Shown here: piece by piece, positions 37,890 to 49,959 of the stretch
How the letters are laid out: each line of letters begins with the position of its first letter
Position numbering within the stretch: position 1 is the first letter of the stretch
Assembly (NCBI GenBank): GCA_964016885.1
Contig: OZ024762.1
Span: 28,148,001-28,212,000 of the forward strand
Origin: Eledone cirrhosa
Lineage: Eukaryota
Length of the DNA: 64,000 bases
Direction: 5' to 3'
Made by a program: the position numbers and the translations under genes
Notes under the pieces: generated by a model
Database searches by the model: none
Told to the model about the DNA's origin: nothing
Seen by the model: only the letters and a program-made list of their open reading frames with translations

Positions 37890-38726
37890 GTGAGTGGATC
37901 TTATCATCACTGTCCACATCACCACAATTGTCAACCTTCACTGTCATTACCTTCTCTCTCTCTCTCTCTCACATTCAAATTTGGAACTATATTCATAGCA
38001 AGTAAGACTAAAAGGCTACTAGACAAAGGAAGAAAGAAAGGGGGAAGGGGATAGGGTGACAGACTTTACACCTAGGTTAGACCAGTGTTTTGGCTGTGCC
38101 CCCTGGACAAAATGGCAACGGCATTTCCCTGGACAGTGGTCAGACACCCACTGCAACAGACACCCCACCTCATGGGGCTATTTCCTCAGATGGGCTGCTA
38201 TCAGCACAATCGACTAAGAACAGCAAGCAGGTTCTAATTTCAAACTTCTTTCTGTTTCAAAACATATTTACTTGTCATGCCTCAAAGCATGGCGTCCGAC
38301 CCTCTACCTTATGGGGTCGATAAAATAAAGTACCAGTAATGTACTTGGTAATTTGCTGGCCTTGTGCCAAAAAGTAGAAACAATTATATTTGCTATGAAT
38401 GTAGAATGGAAGGTGATGGGTGATGTGTTGGTGTGATGGTAGCACAGTGGTCTGGATAACCAAAGATGTGGGTTCGACTCCTGTGTCCGTCAATACTCAT
38501 CTTTTTCCATTTCTCAGAGGGTTCTAAACTCCACTATCAGGCTAAAATTTCTTTAGTTAAAAAAATACAGTGAAAGTTTCTATTTCGAACTTCACTCGCT
38601 GTTTCAAAATAAACTTACATATATACATATATATATATATACATATATATACATATATACTTTGTTTTTGAATTTGTTTTGCAAGATTTCTTATCTGGAA
38701 ACTTATATTTGAAACAGACAGTGTTA

Positions 38727-38804
38727 TACTTTGGGAGGGTCATGCTGCCAATAAAAACACACGCACCTGTTTAGTTGGTTGGTTGGTTCAATAACCAGAT
38801 GGCT

Positions 38805-38840
<36 letters not shown>

Positions 38841-41708
38841 TTAACTGTATTGGTTATAGAGTAGTCGCCACTTTAGCAGGGTGGTAGAATCAGTGGTCGT
38901 TACTTTAACAGGGTAGATGATTGAAGGTCGTTAGTTGCCAGTGTGGTAAGTAATAGTATCCTCGTTGGATTATCTTGTTGACATAGACGTGAGGGAAGGT
39001 CCCTCGATCTATTTACCATCTATTTACAATATTCCTTTCGTCAGGTCGCCAATTCCAGCAGCATGGATTATAGATGTTATTGAGACACGAGTAACATAAT
39101 AATGATTTCAACAGCAGTAATTAGAGATGAAATGTATGTTTATTTATATGGTTGAAGTTACAGATAAAAAGAGGTTACAAAAGGGAATGTGCCATTGCGC
39201 CGTTAAGCCGGCGAGGCTAGGGGTGCAATATCTCACTGTTACATTATGCGTGTTGCTGGCTCGAAGTTTCTGGTACAAGAGAGAGATTCTTCAAATCTTC
39301 GCGGGGAATTTCTTCCTCAGGGCACGTAGGGATACATCCTCTTCTACTGGCGCTGATTGGCTGTACTGAGCCAAATCACGCACAGAGAATGTATGTGAGC
39401 CCGCGGAATGTAGGTCACTACATCACCTCCGACCAGATTTTCAGCCGAAAATCGATAACGAAGAAACCAAGGACCCACATATTATTGAATCAGCAAGAAC
39501 AAATGCTGAAAGAGCACATCAGTTAAAAAATAATTGAGCAGAAAGATTCATGTAAGAACAAAAAAAATTAGGCGCGACGGGCCGTGTTGAGCCGCTGTTA
39601 AATGACTAGCTGTTTTGTAGTTTAAACGAGACCCTCAAGGGCCTACCAGAAAACAGATAAAGTCTGACATGGGCGAAGTTGCTATTCTTGCATTAAATGT
39701 TAATGGTAAGCGTTGTACCAGTAGCTGTGAACGAAGCTATTATGGTAGTTTACCAGTGCTGGCAAGAAAATGATGGCCCCCAGATGTATTGTCGAATGTG
39801 CTGTGGAGCCAGGAAAAAATGGCTGGTTGCTTTGTAAAGAAAAACAAAGGCAAGTTTAATCTGTAGGTGGGCTGCAGTGTAAATTCCATAATTCGGGCGA
39901 ATCCACAGAAGTGGCTGAAATATTGACAAGTCCAGTTCAATTTGTTGCTTTCCCAGCGAGTCGGGCAAAAACAACAAGACGGATGGCCGTCATGGACGAT
40001 CAGTGTGCAACGAGATGCGAAGCTGTTTGAGTTCAGCTGCAATTAGAATTCTCGTGTTGCGGTGCCTGTTTGAATCCAGTGGATTAAGCTCTGTGAGCTG
40101 CTAGCATGTGACAGCATCTCAACCAGGTGAAAAGGGACTCGCAGAATATTACGTTTGAAGAACATATACCAAGAACAACATGTTGGTGTGTGATAAAAAA
40201 AATGTGTGCATATGCATGTATGTAAAACAGCAAAGAATGTGAATGAACAAAAACCATGAGCAAACAAATAGCAAAAGAGCACAAAACAAGTAAATGCATT
40301 CTACAAAGAAATATGTGAATGTAACAAACTGATAATTCAAAGTCAATCTAAGGGAGCAGAGAAATTGCTCAATAAGTTCAAAGTTTTTCAAAGTCAAATA
40401 GTTCACACATCACCAGTGTACAGACACTAGTTCTATCTGAAAACTGAAAAAGAAGTTTGTTAATGCCGTTAGGGGTTAGATGTATGGTGTTTTTGAGTTT
40501 TTGTGGCCATTTTACCGTCCCGCCACACGGTTGTGTTGCTTATTGTTAAAGCAATGTCAAAGAATCTTCTGTAGAGTAGCAGTCACCAAATATAGCAGCC
40601 ACGTCTGACGCCATAATGGTGAGAAAACTACTGTCTCAATTTCTCGCGTCCCTGTGGTAACGAGACAGAAGGTATGGTGGTTGCGTCGGTAAAGCTACAA
40701 GCCGTCCTGAAATTTCCGATGTGTGGTGGTTTGCGTCGGTAAGGCTATGAAGCTGCCACTCACTATTCCCTGCTTTGGTCAGTGGCTAAACAATGCTGTC
40801 GCTGCTGCTGCTGTTGTTGTTGTCAAGTGTAGCCAGATGTCGGTAGCCATCTTGAAATTTTTTCGTGGCGAAAAAGTTTCTGAAATACTGGTAATTTTTC
40901 AAAAATCTTAAAAGGAAAATTTTGTATCTTCGCAAGTTGCGAAAAGGTTGGCAAAGGGGCAATAAAAGTTCAACTGAATGAAAAAGAAGGGCTGCGTTAA
41001 ATTCTTACGTCGGTCACCACTTTAGCGGTATTGGTTATTATTGTGGTCACCACTTTAGCAGGGTGGTAGAATCAGTGGTCGTTACTTTAACAGGGTAGAT
41101 GATTGAAGGTCGTTAGTTGCCAGTGTGGTAAGTGATAGTATCCTCGTTGGATTATCTTGTTGACATAGACGTGAGGGAAGGTCCCTCGATCTATTTACCA
41201 TCTATTTACAATATTCCTTTCGTCAGGTCGCCAATTCCAGCAGCATGGATTATAGATGTTATTGAGACACGAGTAACATAATAATGATTTCAACAGCAGT
41301 AATTAGAGATGAAATGTATGTTTATTTATATGGTTGAAGTTACAGATAAAAAGAGGCTACAAAAGGGAATGTGCCATTGCGCCGTTAAGCCGGCGAGGCT
41401 AGGGGTGCAATATCTCACTGTTACATTATGCGTGTTGCTGGCTCGAAGTTTCTGGTACAAGAGAGAGATTCTTCAAATCTTCGCGGGGAATTTCTTCCTC
41501 AGGGCACGTAGGGATACATCCTCTTCTACTGGCGCTGATTGGCTGAACTGAGCCAAATCATGCACAGAGAATGTATGTGAGCCCGCGGAATGTAGGTCAC
41601 TACACATACCATCTAGTTATCAAACCAACCAACTGGAAATTTATAATAAATGGAAGTGAAAACCAACAGGTGCGTGTGTTTTATTGGCAGCATGACCCTC
41701 CAAAAGTA
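38727..41708. mobile_element. Palindromic MITE-like element split by an LTR element
   Basis: TACTTTGGGAGGGTCATGCTGCCAATAAAAACACACGCACCTGTT (38727) is inverted at 41665-41708. Confidence 0.7.
38840..41604 (-). mobile_element. Non-autonomous Gypsy-type (CsRn1-like) LTR element; LTRs 38840-39422 and 41021-41604
   Basis: ~583-bp near-identical direct repeats starting TGTAG on minus; 4-bp TSD CATA; PBS TGGTGACC--GACGT resembling tRNA-Trp complement (41007-41019); purine-rich GGTCGGAGGTGA before 3' LTR. Confidence 0.85.
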
Positions 41709-41914
41709 TTATATATATATATATATACATACACACACACATATAAGAAATTAAATGAGCTGTGTGGTTACTGTAAACAAAGTTTAAGATGGTAGCATGG
41801 ACGAAACAAGAGAAGAAAGCCTTCATCAGCTGTAAACTGCAGATCATAGTTGTTTCGGCGCTTAATACAGGACATCTAAAAGCGATCAGCAGTGCACCCA
41901 AGGCCTTTTATCGA

Positions 41915-41947
<33 letters not shown>

Positions 41948-41948
41948 G

Positions 41949-42435
41949 TAGATAAATCTACCAAGAGTTTACGGTAGTGTCCAATCCGTATGAAGAACTC
42001 AATGTAATCCGGATATCATGGAAAGAAGAGATGCAATGAAAAATCACTTTCGGTGAAAGATAAACGGAATACAGAGTCAAGATAAAATATTAAAAAAATA
42101 ATGAATAAAACAATGAAACAGTTCTTATATTAAACAAAAAAAGTTCATTATTTAACGATCGTTTCTAGGATATATATGTGTTAGAATTGGCATGTATATT
42201 CAACAGATCTATGTACAAAATGATACAAAATTATACATATATATATGTGTGTTGGTATGTATATTTAATTTTGATAGTTTGTATAATTTTGTATAATTTT
42301 GTACATAGATCTGTTGAATATACATGCCAATTCTAACACATATATATCCTAGAAACGATCGTTAAATAATGAACTTTTTTTGTTTAATATAAGAACTGTT
42401 TCATTGTTTTATTCATTATTTTTTTAATATTTTAT
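41949..42435. mobile_element. Second, internally deleted copy of foldback element 2
   Basis: Near-identical to 26412-26700 followed by ~27700-27895. Confidence 0.88.
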
Positions 42436-42502
42436 ATATATATATATATATATACATACACACACAAATATATATATATATAATTTCTGGTTGATGTTTC
42501 AG

Positions 42503-42705
42503 ATGAAAACCCTGTGGAATGATGGTGTGATCAATGCGAAGACGAGATGCTGGGCCCAGGGTATGGATGGCTGGAGGGCCCTACAGTCTGTGACCCAGCT
42601 CAAGTGGAAGTTACTGGCCACCAGTCAATCTGTAATGAACGAGACAGATCTTGCCAAACTTATTCTCAACATGTTAATCTCCATTGTAGAACATTACCCC
42701 AGCAG
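42503..42705 (+). CDS. DNAJC13: DNAJC13 exon 18: [25 protein letters not shown]...YPSR
   Basis: tttcag / gtaata; conserved [13 protein letters not shown]. Confidence 0.95.
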
Positions 42706-42709
42706 GTAA

Positions 42710-43125
42710 TAATCACCATCACCACCATCATCATCATCATCACCACCATCATCATCATCATCACCATTGTCATCGTCATCATCACCATTGTCATCGTCAC
42801 CATCATGACCACCACCACCACCATCACCATCACCATCATCATCACCATCATCACCATCATCATCATCACCATTGTCATCGTCACCATCATGACCATCACC
42901 GCCGCCACATTCACACACTTATACACACACACAGACCATCACACATGCATACACACAGACCATCACACACACGCACCATCACACACACACATGGACACGC
43001 ACACATACACGCACCATCACACATGGACACACACATGGACATGCACACATACACACACATACGCACCATCACACATGGACACACACACACATGCACCATC
43101 ACACATGGACGTGCACACACACACA
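42710..43125. repeat. (CAT/CAC)n and CA-rich microsatellites
   Basis: Visible periodicity. Confidence 0.9.
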
Positions 43126-43166
43126 CTAACAGTGTTGTAATTAATGATTGTTCCCCTTGTCTACAG

Positions 43167-43251
43167 AGATATAGATGGCGCTATTGTTCGACCTCTTCCC
43201 CGTGCGAAAAGATTGCTGTCTGATGCTACCTCTTTACCTCACATAGTTCAG
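43167..43251 (+). CDS. DNAJC13: DNAJC13 exon 19: [28 protein letters not shown]
   Basis: ctacag / gtaagt; conserved peptide. Confidence 0.95.
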
Positions 43252-43283
43252 GTAAGTTGTTTAATGTTATTCTTATATATATG

Positions 43284-44034
43284 CTAGCTGCCACGTCCGG
43301 CTGGCACCCGGCTAGGTGTACCTGACCCCACCACTCCACTGCAAAAATACCACATACCCTCCCGTGTCACATTGTCCTTCTGACTCTCTCTCTCTGAATA
43401 ACTAACACTTTAATTGTATCTCTCTGTCTAACAGCCTATCTCTCTCTTTCTCTCTCTGTATATATTGAAGGCAGATACGGAAACTAAAACAGTGTTGTCA
43501 TATAGAGAGTGAAGAGCGACAGAGAGAGTAAAGCAGTTAAATTATAGAGAGGGTGAAAGAGGGAGAGAGATATAATATTAGAGAGTGAAGAGCGACAGAA
43601 AGAGAAAAGCAGTTAAATTATAGAGAGGGTGAAAGAGGGAGAGAGATATAATATTAGAGAGTGAAGAGCGACAGAAAGAGAAAGGCAGTTAAATTATAGA
43701 GAGGGTGAATGATCTATTATAGAGAGCCGAATTTACATACGACGGTCATCTCTATGGAAAGTAAGAGTGTTGTCATATAGAAAGTGAAGAGAGGCAGAGA
43801 GTAAAGCAGTTAAATTATAGAGAGGGTGAAAGAGGGAGAGAGAGAGATGACGCTCAGCTTTATAATATTTGAAAGTGAAGAGCGACAGAGAGTAAAGCAG
43901 TTAAATTATAGAGAGGGGGAATGATCTATTATAGAGAGGGAAGAGCGACGGGAAGAGTAAAGCTAAGAAACTATAGGGAGGTGTGTATGATACATACATA
44001 ATACACACGACAGTCAGCTTTATAATATTATAGA
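43284..44034 (-). mobile_element. Non-autonomous Helitron-like element with internal ~76-bp repeats
   Basis: Minus strand begins TCTATAATATT and ends with a CCGG..CCGG hairpin plus CTAG. Confidence 0.65.
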
Positions 44035-44064
44035 TTGTTATATATATATATATATTTGATTTCT

Positions 44065-45308
44065 ATCATCATCATCATCATCATCATCGTTTAACGTCTA
44101 TCTTCCACGCTAGCATGGGTTTAGACGGGAATTGTCCCACTTGAGGCAAGATTGGTCATCTCGTTCGTATGGGACTGTCTGGCAGGTTTTCTATGGCTGG
44201 ATGCCCTTCCTAACACCAACCACGTTTTTACCGTGTTACCTACACGGCCACATTACAGCGTGGACTGTGTTTTTTTGTTGTGACACCTACACAACCTCAT
44301 TTATTTAGGACTGAATGTTGTGGTACCAACATAACTTTACAGAGAAAGGGGTGGAGTAGGAGTAGTGGGATGGGGGTGTATATTTGATTAAGAGGTGCCT
44401 ACTGACTGAAGGTTTCGCTTTTTACTTAGGCAAGGCGGGTTTTCTGTATCACTGCGTAGCGGCAAAGATCTCGGTCCAATGACATTGTCTTAAAGAGGTG
44501 TAAGGTCGGAATTTATCAAATCGTCCCAGGTTTTTCTGGGTCTGCCTACTCCGTAACTTCCGTCAATTTTGATCGCCCTGCACTTTTTTATACAGCTGTC
44601 GTCTTTCATGTGCATCACGTGACCATACCAACGTAGTTTTCTTTCGATCCCTATTATACCTAATTTCTTTGATCCCTATTATACCTAATTTCTCACTTAG
44701 TTCATTTATGCTTTGTTGTTCACATATATTACTATTACACATCCAGCGGAGCATGCATGCTTCGTTCCTCTCCAGTCTGCGCAGATCCTCTGCACACAAT
44801 GCCCATGTCTCACTGCCATGTAACATAGCTGTTCGTATGCAGGCATCATACAGTCTGCCTTTCATTTTTAGAGAGAAACCTTTAGCGGCCAATAGTGGTA
44901 TAAGCTCTCTGAACTTTTTCTATCCTGTTCTGACTCTAGCTACTGTACTTTCTAAGCACCCTCCACCACTGCTGATTTTGTCACTCAGGTAACGAAAGGT
45001 GTCCACTATTTCTATAGAGCCATCTGGGCAATAGAAGGAGCTAGTATCCTGTTGGCACTTGCTACTTATTGTACCTGAGCACTGGCCACATATAAAATCT
45101 ACGTTCTTAGATAGCTTACCTGTGATCCCACTACATCTTTTATGTACCCATACTTTGCATTTGGGACATAAAATGGAATTTTTGCCTACTCCTTTCCTAC
45201 ACACTGAGCATGGCCATTTCCCAGAGGGGACCTGTGCCGTATTTTCCTTCCTACATACTAGAACTTTAGTCTTAGACAAGTTAACTTTAAGGCCTTTTGA
45301 TTCTAGGC
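44065..45308 (-). mobile_element. RTE LINE 3' portion with PHD-like finger
   Basis: GLKVNLSKTK, CSVC...CPKC...HKRC...CGQC, FRYL, MLHGSETW; (GAT)n tail. Confidence 0.9.
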
Positions 45309-45604
45309 TATATATGTGTTTATATATATTATAGATTCCATACACTGGTGGTTTCCCCTGTTTTATTGATGGCACATTATCTCTCTCTCTCTAGTGAACA
45401 TATTGTATTTTAAAGAGCTCAGGAATCCTTTTCCTTTGAGCACATTATTGACAGGGAATAACGAGAGTCTATGGCTCCGTTAATGTATCGTGATATATAT
45501 ATATATATAATGTATGTATATAAAAGGTAAACAGAAATAACAACACAATCGGTACAGTATATGGAAGGGATATATTAGGTTAACGCTTGATATAGCAGGA
45601 AGAG

Positions 45605-45645
45605 GATCCTAACGTTTTGGATGCTAGTCCTTCATCAGAAGAAAG
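45605..45645 (-). ncRNA. Degenerate minimal hammerhead motif upstream of, and inverted to, the Penelope ORF
   Basis: Minus: UCUU CUGAUGA AGGA CUAGCA UCC AAAAC GUU AGGA (core G12 changed to A). Confidence 0.5.
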
Positions 45646-45696
45646 AATGAAAAATATGATAGATTGTGAGACGAGCGGATCATATCTATATATGTG

Positions 45697-45770
<74 letters not shown>

Positions 45771-45794
45771 ACGGAATTTTACCTATATATATAT

Positions 45795-48748
45795 CATCCA
45801 ACACCTTGTCTCCTCCTCCTCCTCCCTCCCACCGCTTCGCACCTCATCATCCACACCCCTACTATCTACTTCCTTCCCAAATCCGACAACACCGGCCGCC
45901 CCATCGTCTCTGCTTGCAACTGCCCCACCGAACTCATCTCCGCCTCTCTTAACTCCATCCTTGCCGCCCCTTGTCACTACCCTCCCCTCCCACATCTCCG
46001 ACACCAACCACGCCCTTCGCCTATTCGACTCCTTCACGTTCCCACCCGCCCCACAGCCCTTCCTCTTCACCCTAGATATCAAGTCGCTTTATACTGTCAT
46101 CGCTTTATACCGACGGCCTACGTGCCCTCAAGCACTACCTCGACCTTTGCCCATCCCCTCCACCCCTACCCTCCTTCGCCTCGCCGAGCTGGTCCTCACC
46201 CTCAACTGCTTCTCCTTCTCGGGTGAGTTTTATCAACAGGTCACGGGGGTAGCCATAGGCACAAGAATGGGCCCAAACTATGCCAACTTTTTCGTTGGCC
46301 ATGTTGAGGCCCAAATCTTTGTCCAGTACACCGGCCCCACGCCCGAAATCTACGGTTGTTACATTGACGACTATATCGGAGCCACGGCCCTCAGCCGAGA
46401 ACAGCTCAACTCCTTTCTCTCCTTCTTCTGCTCCTTCCACCTCTCCCTCCACTTCACCACCTCTATCTCCACCACCCACGTCCACTTCTTAGACATCTCC
46501 GTCGCCATCAACCCCTCCTACCACTCCCTCGTCACCTCCACCTTCTTCAAACCCACCAACTCCCACTCCTACCTCGACTTCACCTCCTCCCACCCTACAC
46601 ACACTAAACACTATTCCCTACTCCCAACTCCTCAGGATCCGCCGCCTCTGTAGCCAAGATGCTGACTTTGAGTCCCAGGCCCTTTCCCTAGTCGGCCATT
46701 TCATCTGCAGAGGTTGCCCCCTCCTTCGTCCACACCGCCTTCACTCGCGCCTGTGCTGTCCACCGCCCCACCACCGCACACCCACCCACCGTCTCCCCTT
46801 CCCCATCACCTACCACCCCTCCACCACACCATCCTCCGCCTCTTCTGACGCCTCCAGTCCGACCCCTCCACCTCCCACATCTTCCCATCCCCACCACTCC
46901 CCTCCTTCAAACGCGCACGGAATCTCCGCAGCTCGCTACCCCCCCCCCCCGGTTCCCTTCCCTGTTCCAGGCCTCGTTGCAACACCTGTCCCCACATCAC
47001 CAACACCACCACCTTCCAGGGTCCCAACGGCCACTCTCGCTCTGTCCGGCACGCCTTCCGCTGCACCTCCTCCACCCGGTCTATGGACTTGGAGTGTAGC
47101 GCAACCTACGTCGGACTGACTGGGCGTCACCTGGCGGACCGTTTTACCGAACACCTCCCGGATATTCGTCTCGGCGGTAGTTCCCCCATCGCCCGCCACT
47201 TTGGCTCCCCTGGACATTCCGCGCACCACCTCACAGTCTGTGGCCTACTCCAATGCCACGGAACACCCGGCTCAGGGTTGAACAACGCACCATTTTCACC
47301 CTACAGACCCACACTCCCCCGGCCTGAACTCCCCACCCCTATTCCTTTAACCTTCAACCAACCTGTTCCCCCCCCCACACACACATATCCCCCACTAACA
47401 CCACTAACACACTCCTCCTTTTCACCGCCCACCCCACAACTAACAATACTAACATCCCCACCTCTCCCCCTATCATGCACACACCCACCGGTACATATAT
47501 ACACACACACTATCCACACACCCTACTACCACCACTAACCCTCACCCACACATCCACTCCCACCACCCCACAACTAATACCACTAACATCACCCCGACCC
47601 CATGCACACGAACACACACCCAACCACACCCACTTACACCACTAACTATACACACCCTACCACCACTGACTCCCACTAACACAGCCGCATTCACCCCTTT
47701 CCCCACCCCTAGTATACTAACACCCACTAACACCCCCTTCACCACACACGCCAGTACACTACACTCCCTCCACTGTCCCCCACACCTTTCTCTTCCTCTC
47801 CCTGCTCCACCCACACCCCTTTACACACACATCCCACTAACACCTCTACTAATACACCTGACCCCCTCCACACTCCACCTTTCACACCTACCCATCCTCT
47901 CCCCTGTCCACCGCACCTCCGCACACACTGACACACTGCCATTCTCCTCTACTGCTGCTATGCCTTGACCCTCTGACCACTCCTCCGCACACACAGACAC
48001 AGCCCTCTCCACCTGTCATTCTCCTCTACCCTCATCCTGCCTTGACCCTCTGACCACTTCCTGTTGTGCGCACACCCCACATCTCCCCTCTTCTGACTAC
48101 CACAACCACGGATTAAACACCACCGGCCTTCGTTCCCACCATCTACTCCATCACATGGAAAATATCCGGCACCTCACCACACCCTCTATGGAACTACCCA
48201 CAGACATACACTCAGGAAAACTTTTTTAGAATCACGCCACCTACATCCACAAAATGTATAAACACCACATACACATGCGTACCCCCACATATATACACAC
48301 TCAGCCTCCGGAATCCTCCCCCACCCCTCTGACCCCTCCCCATCCACACGCACACACACCTTTTCCTGAACATGGAACCTCGTTCTTCCTCCAACTCTCA
48401 CATACACACACACACACCTTCACCTACACACATACACCACCTTCAGCCCTCCCCGCTCGGACACCCCTCTCCCCACTCCACTCGCCACCACCCCTACACG
48501 CCGCACACCCTGCCACCACTTGTTTATCTTCGTTTATTTATTTATTTTTTTTATTTGTACCCCCCCCCCCCCTATTTCTAAATGTCTCTCCTCCACTCCC
48601 CTACACACCCTCGGAACTCTCTTCCCACCCACTTTTCGCCTGAAGAAGGGTTGATGTGCCCGAAACGTCCCCCCCCCCCACACTTTCAAGAGCGTGAAAC
48701 TAATAAATCTTTGTTCATACTGCCTCTGTTTTGTTCCCGTTGCATTTT

Positions 48749-48755
<7 letters not shown>
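45795..48755 (+). mobile_element. Penelope-like retroelement, decayed (RT, GIY-YIG, C-rich 3' UTR, terminal hammerhead)
   Basis: YFLPK, GRPIVS, LFTLDIKSLYT, GVAIGTRMGP, YIDD, KPTNSHSYL, CSRPRCNTC, YVGLTGR...RFTEH; AATAAA ~48702; (TA)n. Confidence 0.92.
48633..48672 (+). ncRNA. Minimal hammerhead motif at Penelope 3' end
   Basis: CTGAAGA-A-GGG...CCC-GAAAC-GTC; stem I 3' strand replaced by a C run. Confidence 0.6.
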
Positions 48756-48793
<38 letters not shown>

Positions 48794-48800
48794 GCATTTT

Positions 48801-48847
<47 letters not shown>

Positions 48848-49020
48848 AAGTGTATTATTGGTTGTGTCAAACGGTCCAATCAATTTTTGTTAGCAATATT
48901 AAGTTCTCCATGCTTTTGTATATCTCCAATTCCATTTATGGGAACAGCTAGATGATGTAAAACGGAGTATTTGTATCAAAATAAAGATCCGAAGGCATGG
49001 TATAAATTTCCTATCATTTT

Positions 49021-49084
49021 AATCACGACACGTTTCAATAAGAGATAAATCGATCGACTATCACTGATCTCGTCAGGTTAAAAT
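49021..49084 (-). ncRNA. Degenerate hammerhead motif in a further PLE-like 3' end
   Basis: Minus: CUGACGA ... GAAACGUGUC, followed by a tail ending at (TA)n. Confidence 0.45.
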
Positions 49085-49573
49085 GGTCTTCAAATCCTTG
49101 ATATGAGGGAGAAAATTAACGGTGTTCACTCACAGAGTTTAGTCTCTCATATGAAGATCAAGCAGTCAAAACATGGCGACTGCTATCATCCTCAGTTAGG
49201 GTCATAAAACTATCAAGTCTCTATCTCCCAATAGCTGTAAAAGACACTGGACATTAATCAAATCTGTAGAATTACAGTCGGTCACAGTTAATGTGAGTGG
49301 GTATACACACACTCACACACGATGCGATGTCAAACAGCCTCTTTAAAGCCATGTCAGTAGAATTACTCCGTCATTCTTGCTCTTGTGTTAGCATGTAAAC
49401 AGAACTGCAGATACTAATGTTTCTGGGTGATTACCCTTCATCAGTACAGTATACTGCTTACCTGCCAACAGTCAGAGCTAGTGAAAATATATATTGTCTA
49501 AAATATACAGTGACAGATTGGCCTGATTTGCATATTAGCAGACCCACTGATCAGCCAACTATTTGTTTATTAC

Positions 49574-49611
<38 letters not shown>

Positions 49612-49659
49612 ACACACATGATTTCTGTATATAATGTGTCTATTTTCTTTTCACTTCAG

Positions 49660-49860
49660 TTACTCCTCACATTTGACCCTGCTTTGGTGGAGAGAGTGGC
49701 CATTTTATTGTATGAAATAATGCAGGACAATCCTAATGTCTCTCGGCTTTATCTAACTGGTGTCTTCTATTTTATCATGATGTACACTGGCTCCAATGTC
49801 TTACCTGTGGCTCGCTTCCTCAAGTACACCCACCTGAAGCAAGCTTTCCGTTCTGATGAG
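49660..49860 (+). CDS. DNAJC13: DNAJC13 exon 20: [17 protein letters not shown]...[28 protein letters not shown]
   Basis: cttcag / gtaggt; conserved peptide. Confidence 0.96.
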
Positions 49861-49959
49861 GTAGGTACTGTATAGCGTAGAAGTTTGTTGGATATGAGGG
49901 ATATTTTGGCTGCTATTTCTAAACACTCAGGTGACCATAATGATACTCTTTATGATAAT

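Noticed and set aside
38423-38492. Possible tRNA gene (also ~14225-14292 minus)
   Set aside because: Has A/B boxes and an anticodon-like stem but a poorly paired acceptor stem; more likely a SINE head or tRNA pseudogene (tRNAscan-SE would decide)
39127-41551. Duplicated 80-aa ORF MKCMFIYMVE...
   Set aside because: Lies within the two LTRs; identity reflects LTR duplication and there is no recognisable domain
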